From NCBI RefSeq assembly GCF_006345805.1, contig NW_021832152.1, positions 1 through 31,933 on the forward strand: 31,933 nt of DNA. The letters are read 5' to 3'. Numbering within the stretch: position 1 is the stretch's first letter; the number at the start of each line of letters is the position of its first letter. Positions 1 through 11,124 of the stretch are shown here, in pieces. This DNA comes from Octopus sinensis (Eukaryota). Under the pieces are notes generated by a model. That model made no database searches. It was not told the origin of the DNA and was given only the letters and a program-made list of their open reading frames with translations. The translations under genes and the position numbers were made by a program.

Positions 1-280
1 TGTATTTAATCCTTGCTTGTACAATACAGAGACACGGTCAGTTTAGAGTTTAAATCCGTTTTCTTTTGAGGTTGAAACTGGTTTCTGAAAAACATCACCG
101 TTGTGAATTTTCGAGAATTTTCGAGACTTACTTTAAATAAAAGTAACGACTGCGGTTTAGAGTAAATATGCTACCTGTATTATTATAATGCGTAATACAT
201 TAATACAAGTGGCTTTCAAATCTTCATGAAAATCTGAAATCCATATCCATTAAATTATATTAAAATATTGTTTACATTAC

Positions 281-325
281 AGTTCTATATTTGAGAGATG
301 AGGAATTATGTACATTATTTACATT
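281..325 (-). mobile_element. 3' terminal fragment of the Penelope-like short element also seen at 13391-13600
   Basis: Reverse complement AATGTAAATAATGTACATAATTCCTCATCTCTCAAATATAGAACTG closely matches the + strand tail at about 13548-13600. Confidence 0.6.
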
Positions 326-372
326 AGGCGCAGGAGTGGTTGTATGGTAAGAAGATTGCTTCCGGTTCCGGT
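326..372 (+). mobile_element. SINE family A, head fragment
   Basis: AGGCGCAGGAGTGGTTGTATGGTAAGAAG matches the head of the copy at 949. Confidence 0.7.
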
Positions 373-948
373 TGTTAGTGTTCTTCACTGTACCATTGAA
401 GTCGCCACGCTGGTGTGCAACTGACGAAAGTTGAATTTGGAAGACGCTCTACTGTAAGGTAAGACCTTTTTTGCTTTTTGAGTCTAGTAAGGATTCGTTG
501 TTTGTGAGATTTATTTTTTGTACAGGCAAGGAGACCTCACTGGATTCTGAGCTTTTGGTCTGCCTGCGGTAGAGACCTGTGTTTTTCTCACTTAGCTGTG
601 AGAACTGCTGTCTGGAGGGGTGTTTCGCCACCAAATTAATTTAATTTGAGAGTTGAATTATTCTCAATTATTTTTGAGAACTATGTTTGTTTGTCTGCGT
701 GGAAGTTTTTTTGAAAAATAATTTCAAGGAATTACACAAGGGATTATACAAGGATTGAAAAAGCTGTGAAGGCCAGGATTACCATGTGACCAAAAAAAAA
801 TTTATCTTTGCTGCATTTTGAACTCTTGTCCGCTTCTTATATTAAACTATAAGGCACAAAAAGAAAATGACTCTCTCCAGACACAACAAAAACAATGCAG
901 TTATCAATAAAGAGATTTGTTGATTTGTTGGGGGAACAAACACTATTC

Positions 949-1111
949 AGGCGCAGGAGTGGCTCTGTGAGAAGAAACTTGCTTCCCAACTACATGGTTC
1001 CGGGTTCAGTCCCACTGCGTGGCACCTTGGGCAAGCGTTTTCTACTATAGCCCCGGGCCGACCAAAGTCTTGTGAGTGGATTGGAACACGGAAGCTGAAA
1101 GCAGCCCGTCG

Positions 1112-1115
<4 letters not shown>
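949..1115 (+). mobile_element. tRNA-derived SINE, family A
   Basis: A-box-like TGGCTCTGTGAG, B-box-like GGTTCAGTCCC, body ACCTTGGGCAAG...GGCCGACCAAAG, then a TA tail. Homologous copies at 6393, 27795, 26084, 30500 and (minus) 21180-21345. Confidence 0.85.
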
Positions 1116-1145
<30 letters not shown>

Positions 1146-2529
1146 ATATATATATATATCATATATGTTATGTATATTTGAACTCAGAGCGTCAAGACGG
1201 ACAAGACACTGCTGAGCTTTTCTCTCGGCGTGTTGACAATTCTGTCAACTCGCCGCCTTAATTAATATATACGTATTCCCATCAATTCCAAGACATTTAA
1301 ATCATTCATCATTGGAGCTAGGAGACAGTGGAAACCTACTGGCATCCATATTCTTTCTCAGACCAACAATCTTTCCTCGATTAGTGAATCAAATGGGAAC
1401 ATTTATCCTGACCAATCTCTGGTCACATGTCCTATGAGAAAGCTGTAAATACCGCTGTCTCTTAGGGTTGTGAATATTAACCGAACACAAGCATAAGGTC
1501 ATTGACAAAAATGGTGTCAGTGACGTTAAGTTTTCTCTCTTCTGCAGATCCTCGCATGTAACCTTGGCATTTCTTCAAAAGTGCAAGCAAAATGTTCACT
1601 GCCAAGAACGCATAGCAGTACAAGGTAAACTGTTATTCTGGGATATTTCTGTCAATAACCTAATTCTGTTTATGACTTCTTAGCGATAAATGTTTGGACC
1701 AAGTTGTCGTCTTTTAGTGGAATCGACAGCAGCACATTGAACCTTGACAAGACGTGTTGAGTTTTATCTCTATCACTGAGTGACAAAAATCAAAGGTTTT
1801 CTTATAAATCACCCATACAGAAGATTTCAGCAATACTGGTTTGTTTCCTAGGGGTAACTCTGTTAAAGTAGAGCTGTTTGTTACTTCCCCCAACTCCTTT
1901 CCTCCTGCGTATTTCACTTGTTTTATTTTTAATCTTGGAAAAACATATTTAAGAAAACTGTGTACATTTTACCCATATTTAAACCAGTATTTTTGAGGCC
2001 ACATGTTTCTTAGTTATTAGACATAAATGCTGTCCGTAAAAGTAGCCAATCAACACATCACGTTTACTGTTTGTTTTGTTTTTAACAGGTTACAATTTTT
2101 TCTGTACAGCGCAAGTTCCTTATACCAACATCCGACAATCGGTTCTCTCCCTTGAGCCTTTTTGATTTAGTTGTTTCACAACACTGGTGTTATGTGTACT
2201 GAGAGAGATTTGCGCAGCAGAAACCACGAAACTCATTTAATTATGAAGCATAGAAGTTGTTTGTCTTACAGTTTTGACCTCTCTTCCGAGAATGACTCCA
2301 GATCATCTTGAGATGAATCATTAACAATCATTAACAATCTTGGTGTTAATTAGTTTTTTTTAGTTTTTCCTGTTGCCGTGTACAGTTTGTGAGTTAAATG
2401 TCAACTTACAGCTCATAGTCCACCGTTCACGTCATTTCCTAAAACAAAGCCTTTGGTTTAGAGCGGTTGAAGAGCAATTGCTTAACCTATAGATGTCGCT
2501 GGTCGGTACTTCCGGTAACTGGCCCTCCA

Positions 2530-2841
2530 TCATTTACGGCGACAAGTATTCCAGTCGATCCGGTTAACGGAACAGCCTGCTCATGAAATTAACATGCAGG
2601 TGGCTGAATGCTCCATAGATAGATACGCGTACCCTTAACATAGTTCTCAGGGACGTTCAGCGTGACACAGAATGTGACACGGCTGGCTCTTACTGGTAGA
2701 GCTCATTTTTGCTAGCTGAGTGAACTGGAGCAATGGGAAATTAAGTGTCTTGCTCAAGAACACAACGAGCCGCCAGGAATTTAAAACTCACAACCTTACG
2801 ATTGCAAACCAAATACCGTAACCACATGGCTACGCGCCTTT
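2530..2841 (-). mobile_element. tRNA-derived SINE, family C (head 2 + tail X)
   Basis: Colinear with 18665-18983 (GGAACAGCCTGCTC..GAAATTAAC, CAGCGTGACACAGAATGTGAC, GTGTCTTGCTCAAG..CACAAC). The tRNA-like head is at the right end. Confidence 0.85.
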
Positions 2842-2935
2842 CCGGTAAATTTTGGATAATGGATCAAATCTAGAACTGGTCGATGTTTTCGTACAGATGA
2901 CGAAGCGAGGTAATCCATTTTGCTTGTGTATTATG

Positions 2936-3165
2936 TTTCTTTATTGCCCACAAGAGGCTAAACATAGAGGGGACAAACAAGGACAGACACACGGATTAAG
3001 TCGATTACATCGACCCCAGTGCGTAACTGGTACTTAATTTATCGACCCCGAAAGGATGAAAAGCAAAATCGACCTCGGTGGAATTTGAACTCAGAACGCA
3101 ACAACAGACGCAATACCGCTAAGCATTTCGCCCGGTGTGCTAACGTTTCTGCCAGCTAGCCGCTT
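2936..3165 (-). mobile_element. SINE family B (tail 1)
   Basis: Near-identical to 25844-26078: ACTGGTACTTAATTTATCGACCCCGAAAGGATGAAA..GTCGACCTCGG.GGAATTTGAACTCAGAA. Confidence 0.9.
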
Positions 3166-3754
3166 GTGTATTATCATTTCCATTGCTCTCTGGACACTCC
3201 CAACGCCAACGACACCACAACTCAGTAAGATATTCAATGTCCGACAACTGGGAATTTCCAGATGCTCAAAGCGTTCTTTCAGACCTTGATCGATCGCTAA
3301 TAACATCAAATCAGTTTGTAATCTATCGATTCGTATAATGGTCGTTCTTCTATTTAGTGTTTTTATCGACGTAATGGCCTTCTTCCATCTTGTTGTGAGC
3401 GGTAATTTAAACCGCTTGAATCCTTCACTCATTTCTGTTTCTTCATAAGCAACAACTAGAAGACCGTGAAATGCAAGTAGGGCTATCGGTGATAATGTTA
3501 TTGTTGATGTCTTGATCGCGGTTCATGGCTTTCGCAATTTTCTCGATGGCAGAAACTACTCGGCATTTTTGCAATTTTTGCGCTTCATTTTGATGTCTGA
3601 GCCAAATGTTTCTTCTCAAAGAAACTAGTTCCCTCAGAAATCTAAACAGTTGTATATAACGGCCCAATAGTTATTCATCCTTTTCCTGTAACCAATCGAG
3701 AAATAATTCCTAGAATTTATGTAGAATATTTACTAAAGATCTTTATCTAGTTAC

Positions 3755-4140
3755 AGTTTATTGTGCCCCGGGAGGGACATTATGCCAGTAATACCCTCCC
3801 CCTCCCACATACACACACCACGCTCGGGTTCTATTTCACTTCTTTATTATTTATTTGCAAGTGGGTTAACTACTTAATCAATTAAGTTGTCGATTGCCTG
3901 ATTAATCCTTCGGTCAATTAATCAATTAAGCTTTTTGAAGTCCTTTCGTCACCAATCGTGACCTCATCAACGACTATTAAAATCCTGATTGACTGAGTGA
4001 CCGAACGATTAATCAAGCAATCGATTGGTTGATTGGTTAAATAGTTAAGTAATTGATAAATAAATAATAAAGAAATGAAACAGAACCAGTGCGTGTGTTT
4101 ATTATTGCCATAATGACCCTCCTGAGATACAATAAAATTT
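3755..4140. repeat. Imperfect fold-back / MITE-like palindrome, about 390 bp
   Basis: 3771-3793 vs revcomp 4100-4122 match 20/23. 3834-3856 vs revcomp 4058-4080 match 22/23. The inner arms also pair. Confidence 0.75.
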
Positions 4141-4569
4141 GTTTCAACACACCAGTTCGCATCAAGAGACTTGCAAATCAAATTTAGAAAGCGGAATATT
4201 AAGAGACTCCTGTGGACTTTTGAAGTGAAAGAGAATCAACGCGTGAGTTTATTATTGACATAATGACCACATCCCACCCCGCGATGAAACAATGTTTTTT
4301 TATTACTCAACGATCATCCGTAACTGACTTCACCGAAATATTCACTAGTTACATTTTACTGTTTCATTAATGCTATCAACTTGCGCTTTTTTTCTTTTTT
4401 TTTTACAATAATGCAAACGAGATAAACCAGTTTTGTTGGAGAATTTTAAATGAAAGTGGTAGGCTGGGGTTCACCAGACTTGTGTTAATGGTTAAAGTTT
4501 AGAGGGATATTATTTATTACACAAAAGATGAATAGTCCTTTATGCCAACCGTCCAGGACACCATGTCTG

Positions 4570-4700
4570 TACATGTATGTATGTATGCATGTATGTATGG
4601 ATGGATGGATGGATGGATGGATGGATGGATGGATGTATGTATGTATGTATGCATGTGTGTGTGTGCCTATGTATGTATCTATGTATGTACATGTATGAGT
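4570..4700. repeat. Compound (TATG)n/(GGAT)n microsatellite
   Basis: Directly visible. Confidence 0.95.
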
Positions 4701-4935
4701 GCGCATGAGCCAGAAGAGGTAATGCAATCTCATGGAAATCACTTCCTATAATGTTACAATGAAGAAAACAAAACAAAACAAAGGAACATAGATATCAGTT
4801 ATTGTGTATTCTAGAGATACTGCATATCTAAAACACGGACGAATATAATATCTATGGTTCGTTCCAAAGATAGGCTATATCTGAAAGACCCCAAAAAAGG
4901 AAGACATAGTTGATAATGTATTCCATATATATATA

Positions 4936-5167
4936 TATATAATATAATTCGAGACAAAACCACTATTTTAAAACCAAACAAGGAAAGACTTAATCAATAC
5001 ATAAAATTTTAATATAAATTAAATAATTATTTATTTTATTTATTTTATTTATTTTATTTAATTTATTTTATTTATTTTATTTAATTTATATTAAAATTTT
5101 ATGTATTGATTAAGTCTTTCCTTGTTTGGTTTTAAAATAGTGGTTTTGTCTCGAATTATATTATATA
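4936..5167. repeat. Perfect 91-bp inverted repeat with a 50-bp AT-only spacer
   Basis: 4936-5026 is the exact reverse complement of 5077-5167. Confidence 0.95.
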
Positions 5168-5240
5168 ATATTTTACTATAAATTGGATTTAACCCTAAAT
5201 CTGATTTTTCCCTGTAATTTTGGATTCATTCCCTAATATT

Positions 5241-5271
<31 letters not shown>

Positions 5272-5272
5272 G

Positions 5273-5303
<31 letters not shown>

Positions 5304-5308
5304 ATATA

Positions 5309-5518
5309 GTTAATCCAAACAAGAAAGCACAAAAAAAAACACAACAACGCGATGACGTGGAACAAATATAGTATTATTGGACGCTAAGGAAGAGAAGAAG
5401 GAGGGTTTAACGTTCGAGCGGAGCTCTTCGTCAGGAAAATATGAAAAGGAAAGATCCAGAGAAGGGAAGACGGAGGAAAAAAAAATCCCAACGGTATACA
5501 CGCGGTCACATTTTGAAT
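5309..5518 (-). mobile_element. Short Penelope/retrozyme-like element between (TA)n arrays, with a hammerhead-like motif
   Basis: Direct repeat of about 6033-6232. Flanked by TA arrays. Minus strand reads CTGACGA-A-GAGC-TCC-GCTC-GAAC-GTT. Confidence 0.6.
5405..5439 (-). ncRNA. Degenerate minimal type I hammerhead ribozyme motif
   Basis: Canonical CUGACGA box (5428-5434) and 4-bp stem II. GAAAC has lost one A and the stem I register is imperfect. Confidence 0.5.
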
Positions 5519-5522
5519 ATAC

Positions 5523-5572
<50 letters not shown>

Positions 5573-5584
5573 CATGTGTGTGTG

Positions 5585-5830
5585 TGGAATCACTTGGCTT
5601 AGTGGTTAGGGTGTCCGCATCATGATCGTAAGATTATGGTTCCGATTCCTGGACCGGGCGACGCGTTGTGTTCTTGAGCAAAACACTTCATTTCACGTTG
5701 CTCCAGTCCACTCAGCTGGAAAAAATGATTAGCGCTGCGATGGACTAGCGTCCCGTCCAGCTGGGGAACACATACGCCATAGAAACCAGAAAACCGGGCC
5801 CATGGGCCTGGCTAGGCTTTAAAAGGGCGC

Positions 5831-5834
<4 letters not shown>
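5585..5834 (+). mobile_element. tRNA-derived SINE, family C (head 2 + tail Y)
   Basis: TGGCTTAGTGGTTAGG A box, GGTTCCGATTCC B box, TTGTGTTCTTGAGCAAAACACTT body. Tail homologous to 15300-15413. Confidence 0.85.
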
Positions 5835-5879
<45 letters not shown>

Positions 5880-5906
5880 ATTATTATTATTATTATTATT
5901 ATTATC

Positions 5907-5938
<32 letters not shown>

Positions 5939-5944
5939 TATATA

Positions 5945-6013
5945 TACTAATACAATTGTTCGTTTGTTTTCCACCTGCCTTCGTCTTTTGTTTATTTTCA
6001 TAAAGCTTCCCGT
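5945..6013 (+). mobile_element. 3' fragment of the hammerhead-bearing family seen at 30235-30474
   Basis: TACTAATACAATTGTT...CCTGCCTTCGTCTTTTGT.TATTTTCATAAAGCTTCCCGTTATATA is shared with 30371-30480. Confidence 0.8.
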
Positions 6014-6032
6014 TATATATATATATATATAT

Positions 6033-6392
6033 AGTTAATCCAAACAAGAAAGCACAAAAAAAAACACAACAACGCGAGGACGTGGAACAAATATAGTATT
6101 ATTGGACGCTCAGGAAAGAAGGAAAGAAGGAGGGTTTAACGTTTCGAGCGGAGCTCTTCGTCGGAAACATAGGAAAAGGAAAGATCCAGAGAAGGGAAGA
6201 GAGAGGAAAAAAATCGCCAACGGTACACACGAGTTCATGTATATATGGGTACAGGACGTCACCAACAGTAAACAACATGAAGTACGAAAACAAATGAGTT
6301 CAATACGCAAACAACGAGAGAAACACAAAACAGAACAAGTAACATAAAGAACAACCCTTCATTAGTTGTCAGCTGTCTATCTACTCAGTTCG
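6033..6392 (-). mobile_element. Second, longer copy of the short Penelope/retrozyme-like element
   Basis: First ~200 bp repeat 5309-5518, plus about 160 bp of extra sequence. Confidence 0.6.
6134..6168 (-). ncRNA. Minimal type I hammerhead ribozyme-like motif (U4C variant)
   Basis: GTTT-CCGACGA-A-GAGC-TCC-GCTC-GAAAC-GTT-AAAC. Stem I GUUU/AAAC, stem II 4 bp, loopless palindromic stem III (AACGUU). Confidence 0.6.
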
Positions 6393-6772
6393 AGGTGTGG
6401 GCGTGGCTGTGTGGTGAGAAGCTTGCTTCCCAACCACATGGTCTCGGGTTCAGTCCCACAGCGTGATATATTGCGCAAGTGTCTTCTATTATAGCCTTGC
6501 GCCGACCAAAGCCTTGTGAGTGGATTTGGTAGACGGACTCCGAAAGAAGCCTGTTGTATCTATCTATATACTAATGTGCTTGTGCTTATCGTCCCACAAT
6601 CGCTTGATAACTGATGTTGGTGTGTTTATGTCACCGTAACTTAGCGGTTCGGGAAAAGAGGAAGATAGAATAAGTACTTAGCTTACAAAGAATAAGACCT
6701 GGAGATCGAGTTGTTTGACTAAAGGTGGCGCTCCAGCACGGCCGCAGTCAGTTGTCTGAAAGAAGTAAAGGA
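6393..6772 (+). mobile_element. Composite SINE A + module E
   Basis: A head and body, short TA linker, then E module (ATCGCTTGA.AAC.GATG.TGGTGTGTTTA...GCTCCAGCA.GGCCGCAGTCA). Same layout as 27795-28141. Confidence 0.85.
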
Positions 6773-7020
6773 AAAAATATATATACGGGTGTGTGTGATT
6801 GTGTATAGAATAATATATTAATAAAAGTAATTCCAGCCTTGTCTGATTTTCACGTTTTATTTACAATCTTATAATTATATAAGATAACATAATATGATAA
6901 AATAAAATAAAATAATAGAATGTTAAATGTTCATTCTGATTGAACTAGTACTTTCATGCATTAAATTATGCAATCTTCAGGTTCATGTAGTAGTAGTGAC
7001 AGTCATGCTTCACAATTTTT

Positions 7021-7057
7021 GACTGTATATATATATATACAGTATATATATATATGA

Positions 7058-7115
<58 letters not shown>

Positions 7116-7134
7116 TTATATATATGACTGTATA

Positions 7135-7180
<46 letters not shown>

Positions 7181-7181
7181 T

Positions 7182-7213
<32 letters not shown>

Positions 7214-7365
7214 TAATATATATATATACAGTATATATATACAGTATATATATTGACTGTATATATATTATATATATGTATACAGAGTATATAATGTATA
7301 ACATTAATATATATATTATATATTATAACTATATAACATATACACACACCATATATATATATATA

Positions 7366-7418
<53 letters not shown>

Positions 7419-7507
7419 GTTATACTATCTAAATATATAACATACATATTTATATATATATATATACATATATGTGTGTGTGAGTATGTTATATACGTAT
7501 ATGCATA

Positions 7508-7538
<31 letters not shown>

Positions 7539-7545
7539 CTATATA
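7021..7545. repeat. Long degenerate (TA)n array with ACTG/CAGT interruptions
   Basis: Directly visible. Confidence 0.95.
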
Positions 7546-7985
7546 TATATATATACTGCTTTCTAAAAAGAAAGTATAGAAAAACAGGACCTACGACAAA
7601 AATAACCATAACAACAACAACAACAACAGTAATGTCAATAACGCCAACAATGAACAAAAACACCGACGAAAACGTCAAGATAATCTACAAAAGAAATTCT
7701 AACCTGTGTTTGCTTCTTTATTTATTTATGTAGTTTTTGTTTGTTTGTTTGTTTGTTTGTTTTTGCAATCGATTGTTACAGAACTGATAGGTAGAAAGCA
7801 GAACACAACGTAGCAAATTTCATGATACCAGCAATCGATCGATTGATCGACCGGCCAATCGATTGATAAAATTAAATCATATAACTAAAAACTAATGAAC
7901 TGGTAGCCCGATTGCGAGCTATCGATTAGAAGAGATATTGAATCTGTGTTTTCTAAAGTGCTTCAGTTATAATTCTCCGTCAAAC

Positions 7986-7986
<1 letters not shown>

Positions 7987-8053
<67 letters not shown>
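7987..8053. repeat. (AAT)n microsatellite
   Basis: Directly visible. Confidence 0.95.
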
Positions 8054-8054
<1 letters not shown>

Positions 8055-8606
8055 CCCTGATGCAGTACCAGGCAGTGGCTCTCATGGCTTCTGATCTTAA
8101 CTGATTGGAAGTGTTATCATGTACATTGTTTTGTCTTGGTATAAAAGATGGGCTACAGCAAATATTCTGCTCAATACCACAGATTTGCTTGTCAGTTGTT
8201 TGACCTTAACCAGTTGAGCATGTCCCTTAGTGGCTGACGATATGTGCATCTCTGACCACGAGCAGAAGTAGTGGGGGAGCATCATAGCCATATGTCGAGA
8301 CAGATTCTTTGGGGTTTGAATAATTCACCTCTGGAACCATGGATGTTTCGTTCAACATCCTTAAACAACCCTTATTCAGGGACCTTTTGGGTGGGATGGG
8401 TTACTCGACCAGAAGAAAATTCTAACTGGGCCCCACCTGCAAGGCCATGTGCTGTTTATCTTGATATGAGATCACCATGTCGCGCACATATGGTTGTGAT
8501 GCATGTGCCTGGTGTACCCTTATCAGCCGGGTAGTCATGATGGGTATATTGGGCTTCGTATATTTTACTCCAGTGTCACTTTGATGGCAGACATGCTCTC
8601 TCACTC
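8054..8606 (+). mobile_element. Non-coding interspersed repeat family D (553 bp) embedded in AAT arrays
   Basis: The 3' 366 bp are highly similar to 19281-19646 and the 3' end recurs inverted at about 14454-14600. No tRNA boxes or recognisable ORF. Strand inferred from the shared end and variable truncation. Confidence 0.8.
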
Positions 8607-8613
8607 AATAATG

Positions 8614-8690
<77 letters not shown>

Positions 8691-8692
<2 letters not shown>

Positions 8693-10845
8693 TAGTTTTA
8701 TTTTTATAGCGTGCTTTCACTTCACTACCGAGCGCAGCTCTGTGTGCCTTGGGTATGTGCTGTGATTTGTTGTGATGCTCTGATGGTTATTGTATGGAAA
8801 GTGTTCTGCGTAGGATGTGTGCAGTGCCTAGTAGTGCAATTTTCCGTATGTCATATGTGTTTGTAAGTCCTGGTGTTTTTGTTATGTATTTGTCTGAATA
8901 TTTTTTTATCATGCCTAATGCACCTACTATGATAGGAATTGTTTCTGTTTTCAGATTCCACATTCTAGTTACCTCTATTTCCAGGTCTTTGTATTTTGAG
9001 AGTTTCTCCATTTCTTTTAGAGACATGTTGTCATCTGCCGGTATTGATACATCAATTAGAAAGCATTTTTTTTCTTCATGATCTCTGACAACTATATCTG
9101 GTCTGTTGGCCTTAATTTCTCTATCTGTGTGTATCGGCATATCCCAGAGTATGGTTGCTTTCTCGTTTTCTGTGACCTTTTCTGGTGTGTGCCTATACCA
9201 TCTTTTTTCTGTTGTTATTCCATAATGTTGGCATAGCTTCCAATGTATGTAGGTTCCAACTCTGTCATGTCTGTGAATATATTCCTTCTTAGCCAGGACT
9301 GGGCAGCTAGAGATAATATGATTATTGTTTCTTGTCCATCTCCACATATTCTGCAGTTACTTGTAATATTTCTTTTCATTACATGTTTTTGGTAATTTCT
9401 GGTGGGGAGGCTTTGGTCTTGTGCTGCAATTAAAAATCCCTCCGTTTCTGCTTTGAGTCCTGAGCTTCTCAACCATTGCTGGGATTTTTCTTTGTCTATT
9501 TCTTTTGCGTTTAGTTTAGTCCAGTATTTACCATGAAGGGGCTTTTCTTGCCATCGTTTTATCATGGTTCGTTGCTGTTCTACTTTTAGTTTGGATTTCA
9601 TTTGTTTTATAGCTTTTGTTGTTTCTTCAACTTCTTCTTCTTCTTCATGTTTATTAGGAGGTATGATTTCTTGTTTGTATTTCAGCTCCTTAAATACTGA
9701 GAACAGTTTTTCGTTTTGCTCGTGTTTTGCCGCTATCTGGATCAGTTTTCCTTCCTTCTGAAGTAGATATTTTTGCAGTCCTATGGTGGTTATTTTATAG
9801 TAGTTTTCCAGCTGTATAAGGCCTCTACCACTTCTATACGTTGTATATATAGTCTTTCTATGTCAGATTTGGGTGATGCATCCTAGATCCTGTCATTATT
9901 TTTCTTGTTTTCCTATCTATTTTGGTCAGTTCATTTCGTGTCCAGTTAAGGATATTGTAGCTGTAACTTATAACTGGGACAGCTAAAGTGTTGATACCTA
10001 TTATCTTGTTTTTAGCATTGAGCTCTGTTTTTAGTATTGATCTAACTCGTCTATAATATTCTTTTTTATTTTCTCTTTCATTTGTGTGTGTTGTGTCTTA
10101 TCTAGTTCATGGATTCCTAAGTATTTGTAAGTTTGGCTTTGGTCTAATTCTTTTATTTCATTGGTTTTATCTAGTGTGATGTTGTTACTCTTAACTAGTT
10201 TTCCTCTTTTCAGGGTTACTTTGGCGCATTTTTCTAATCCAAATTTCATATCTATTTCTTTGGTAAATCCATGAACTGTCTTTAATAGTGTGTTCCAGCT
10301 GTTTGTCATTTGCAGCGTATAGTTTTAGGTCATCCATATATAAAAGGTGGCTGATCGTTTTGTGCCGTAACATTTATATCCGCATCCAGTTCTATTTAGT
10401 ATATCAGATAGAGGTGACAGTGCCAAGCAGAAAAGGAGTGGAGAGAGCGTGTCTCCCTGGAATATTCCTCTTCTAATGGGGATGTCTTTTGTTTTTATGA
10501 GTCCCTCTTTTGTTTGGAGGTGTAGGACTGTTTGCCATTTATTCATAGAGTGCTCTATGAATTTTATGATTGTTGGTTCTACTTTGTTAATGGCTAGTGT
10601 TTCGAGGATCCATGTGTGGGGGATGCTATCAAACGCCTTTTTGTAGTCAATCCTGGCCATACTGAGGCCTTTCTTCTTTCTGTGGCTGTCTTCAGTTATG
10701 GCTTTATTAATCATTAGTTGATCTTTACAGCCATATGAGCCTTTGCGGCATCCTTTCTGCTCTTCTGGGAACAGTTTGTTTTCGTCCAGGTGCTTGTTCA
10801 GCCTTTGCGATATCACTGCAGTAAATGCCTTGAACATAGTAGGGA

Positions 10846-10846
<1 letters not shown>
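8691..10846 (-). mobile_element. 5'-truncated, frameshifted RLE-type non-LTR retrotransposon (R4/Dong-like)
   Basis: RT motifs IDYKKAFDSIPH, RGIFQGDTLSP, HLLYMDDLKLY (YMDD 10329-10340) and YKYLG. CCHC knuckle CRICG..H..SSCP, RHD, and NRPDIVV..IDVSIP..KYKDL restriction-like endonuclease. Split over at least 5 ORF pieces. 3' UTR about 8691-8786. AAT arrays on both flanks of the sense strand. Confidence 0.92.
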
Positions 10847-10906
<60 letters not shown>

Positions 10907-10917
10907 ATTATTATTAC

Positions 10918-10948
<31 letters not shown>

Positions 10949-10972
10949 ATTATTATTATTATTATTATTAAT
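10847..10972. repeat. (ATT)n microsatellite
   Basis: Directly visible; abuts the LINE 5' junction. Confidence 0.95.
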
Positions 10973-11124
10973 ATTCTATGTTTGACTTTAGCTTTGCATT
11001 TGTACAAGTTGGCTCCAAGTCTCACCCAGAGACCTCAAGAGACAACAAGTTGGAAGTTCATGCTGGTGTTATGCCTAGGGTGCCATATATTTGGTTTTGT
11101 GCTTAGTGTTGTACATACGAAAAT

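Noticed and set aside
1548-1624. Possible 77-bp exon (TTTTCTCTCTTCTGCAG acceptor, AG|GTAAAC donor; two open frames)
   Set aside because: No recognisable protein and no supporting neighbouring exons. RNA-seq would be needed to revive it.
2488-2520. CTCF-like (TATAGATGTCGCTG) and ETS-like (ACTTCCGG) motifs suggesting a promoter
   Set aside because: Short motifs expected by chance; no gene to attach them to.
3091-3667. Two adjacent minus-strand ORFs with fairly normal composition
   Set aside because: Different frames, a stop immediately upstream, no motif recognised, and the first overlaps SINE B. Could be a decayed TE; a BLASTX would settle it.
8054-8130. HDV-like ribozyme at the 5' end of family D (GCCCTGA/TCATGGC pairing)
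   Set aside because: L3/P1.1 consensus and the GG after P1 are absent; the fold cannot be completed.
8787-10837. Functional reverse transcriptase gene
   Set aside because: Multiple frameshifts and 5' truncation; treated as a dead retrotransposon copy.
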